A DNA stretch of 64,000 nucleotides. Source: Rhizophagus irregularis (lineage: Eukaryota). The stretch lies in contig NC_089435.1 of assembly GCF_026210795.1 (NCBI RefSeq), positions 4,960,001 to 5,024,000 on the forward strand. Reading direction: 5' to 3'. The number at the start of each line of letters is the position of its first letter. The first letter of the stretch is position 1. Of the stretch, positions 61,280-64,000 are shown one piece after another. Made by a program: the position numbers and the translations under genes. The notes under the pieces are model-generated. The model searched no databases, was not told the DNA's origin, and saw only the letters and a list, made by a program, of their open reading frames with translations.

Positions 61280-63130
61280 CCGTATACATCAGAAATTAAG
61301 CACCCCACAATATACATATATACTAAAAATAAGCACCCCCAAATTAAAATGTTTTAAGCTCAATTAACTTTATTTAACTTTATTAAAAGATACAAAATTA
61401 TTTTATTTATTCATTAATACCAACGTCCAAATCATCACAGCTTATCATCCTCCAAATTGTCACCACTAACATCTTCATCATTAATGCCATCCTCCAGATT
61501 ATCATCGTTGATATCAATAATTTCATTATCAATATCATCATCATCATCTAAAGCATTTGAGATGCCACAGGTTTTGAAAGAATCGATGATGATTTCGTTA
61601 GAGATTCTATCCCAAGAATGTTTCACCCATCCACACATACACGTCACTTAACTTAGCATGTCGAAGATTACCTTTAGCTGTTTATCCAGCACCACTAGCA
61701 GCCATCCACAGCTCACAGGTGCCATTCTTCATGTAAATTGGCTTTAAACAGTTTATTTATCGCGACATCAAGTGGTTGACATAAACTTGTTAGACCACCT
61801 AGTATAACGGCTAAATCAAAATCCATAATCACAGAATTTCTCTTTTACTGGTATCCTCGAAAAGAATCATAAACCATTAACTTTGGGGCCCTAGTTCTGG
61901 TTCTGCCATCAATCTTGTCACTTAATAATTAATATATCGGTTCATCAATTCACTATCCATCCAACCTTTCTCTTAGAACCAAACGATTACTCTGGAAGAT
62001 ATTTTTTTCGCCTTTTGATAATCACTTCCCTTTAAAGATACAGATCGGAGGAAGCTTCCATCTATAATAAAAAGAAAGAGTTGTTAAAATATAATCAAAA
62101 ATCAAAAATATCTTTGAAATATCATTGAAAGTCAAAACATTTTGAAAATCGACTAGTTTAATGAATTGTTGAAATAAGAAAAAAATAAAAAAATAAAAAC
62201 TTCACAAAATTTATAAACAATCTGAAACCATAAAATCTAAACCTATAAATTCGGAACCATAAATCTAAAAATATCGTAACTATTAAGCTTAAAATACTTA
62301 ATCCATAATACTTAGAAAAAAGAATCTCGAATTTTTGCAAAATTAAAATTAAAAAGATTGTCCTACCTGTGAGGCTGTGACACATTAAAACCACTGTCAA
62401 TCGGGTTTTTTTATTGTCGGTGCTGCGAATCTGAACAGTTTTTTCACCCTTTTGACTAACAGTAAAATTACCCACCATATCAAACCACACTGGGATCTCA
62501 TCCATATTGAAAATATTACATAAATCAAAGGATTATTCAGTCCTCAGACGGGTAATAAATTGATGAAATTTAACTAAAGATTCTTCCGTTTAACTTGGTA
62601 GCTTCTGAGAAATTTTTGTATGGCCGCTAGGATAGTTTATATCTTTTCATGAAAGAGAATATCCGCTGATATGACGCTTTAAAATTATTTGCCAAATCAT
62701 CATATAAAAATGTCATTTCAGGCTCCTTTAAAATTTCTCGCATTTTAATTCGTAAGATCGTATAAGTAACAGCCAATTTTTACTTTCTTTGCTTAATAAG
62801 TTAAGTATATAGCTTACAGTTTTGGTTTATTTCAGTATTACAACTTTTACTTGCTATAAACCAACGCCTACCACACTGGCATTAGGTTGGAAGTGTCTTG
62901 CCACTTCATTTCGTCTGTGTTGCTTAGCGTAAGTGATAACGTAGTTCTTTTAATTAATAAAATATGAAGTACGACTTCGCTTGGTAGTTTTATTGTGTAA
63001 AACATTTATATGTTGTTTTCTTGCCATTTTTTGTGGAAGATTAAAACAAATTACGGAACGTGTTTGTTTAAGTCTCATGTTTATAAAATCATTTGATTGT
63101 ACAAATTAGGTTGTACAAATTATCAGATTG
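61280..63130 (-). mobile_element. pogo/Tigger-type (DDE_1) transposon relic
   Basis: TA|CCGTATACATCAGAAATTAAGCACCCC terminus at 61280. Minus strand from ATG 63027 gives an HTH-like N-terminus (..NEVARHF), NMDEIPVWFDM, KLPPICIFKG, TSLCQPLDVAINKLFK and WVKHSWDRIS...SFKTCGISNAL. The other TIR was not seen. Confidence 0.85.
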
Positions 63131-63149
63131 TTATACAGATTACCGCAGT

Positions 63150-63829
63150 TTCAATTACTTTGGCGACAGAGAGAAAAATATATCTTTATTAAATCACCTA
63201 AAATTAAACATCAGCCACAAGAGTACCTTCTGAACAGGTTTTTTCAACAGGGAAAAACTTGATTACTGATAAAGGAAACCGGTTGGTCGGAAAAACTATA
63301 AGAATTTAATATTTTTATTATATTTTGATAATAAAATTTAAATATTAAATAACAATTTTAATAATGATAAATTCAATTTTGACCTGAGTTATATATTAAT
63401 CTAAATTCGGAATTTGATTCAAATCATGAATCGTCAGAAAGATCTTTAACTCGTTAATTGACCGTCGATTATTAAATGATCAAATCGGAATTTTATGAAA
63501 AAAATGCGCTTTTTTTCATACCGTAAAAAAAAAAATGCCGATTCGGCGCCTTTTTTCATACAGTAATAAAAAAAATGCCGGCTTGGCGCTTTTTTCATAA
63601 AAAAAAAGATGCCGAAAAAAAAAGTTGCGAAACGTTTTTTGTTTATGAATTTGCCGATAAAAAAACGTTTTTCGCAACCTGTATTAATAAAAAACGTTGC
63701 GAACCCGTTTTTTATTTATAAAATACGAAATCGAAATACGAATCGGATCGAATCCAATCAAACTCGGATCCGGATCGGATCGGATCAGATTTAACTTAAG
63801 TTCGGTCGATTCGATCCGTTTGGAACAAT
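63150..63829 (+). mobile_element. 3' part of a hAT element (dimerisation-domain fragment plus right end)
   Basis: TSATRVPSEQVFSTGKNLITDKGNRLVGKTIR at ~63208-63303; (CGGAT)n subterminal repeats; end ...CCGTTTGGAACAATA. Confidence 0.75.
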
Positions 63830-64000
63830 AGAAAACCACTGTAAAAACTCTATATTTATAATTTTTACTTAAAATAAAATATAATAATACAATGAACTTT
63901 ATTTAAAATTTATGAAATACATTTAATCTTATCAAACAGTTATGGCAAGTAATTTTAAAAGTTTTTTTCTCATTTCGATATTTTTAACATCATCAGTACT

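Overview
Very AT-rich eukaryotic DNA with short GT-AG introns. The gene content (TKL-like kinase/Sel1, Crinkler, hAT/pogo/Tc1 relics) suggests an arbuscular mycorrhizal fungus (Glomeromycotina, Rhizophagus-like); this is an inference. Apparently intact genes: a pseudokinase-Sel1 gene (5'-partial), two tandem single-pass membrane paralogs, a head-to-head pair of 7-TM/coiled-coil paralogs, alkaline ceramidase (apparently with a 3-nt micro-exon), guanine deaminase and a C2H2 zinc-finger orphan. The rest is mostly decayed transposons and pseudogenes (kinase, CreA-like ZnF, methyltransferase, Crinkler NTPase, small secreted Cys-rich protein). The most notable locus is ~34.8-39.3 kb. It holds a nearly intact RAG1/Transib-like DDE transposase with an FYR-like N-terminus, arranged tail-to-tail with a non-RAG2 C2H2 partner gene as in ProtoRAG, next to a decayed divergent paralog of that partner, and with no RSS-like CAC..GTG ends visible. 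No rRNA, tRNA or CRISPR array was seen. All assignments are by-eye motif recognition; no searches were run.
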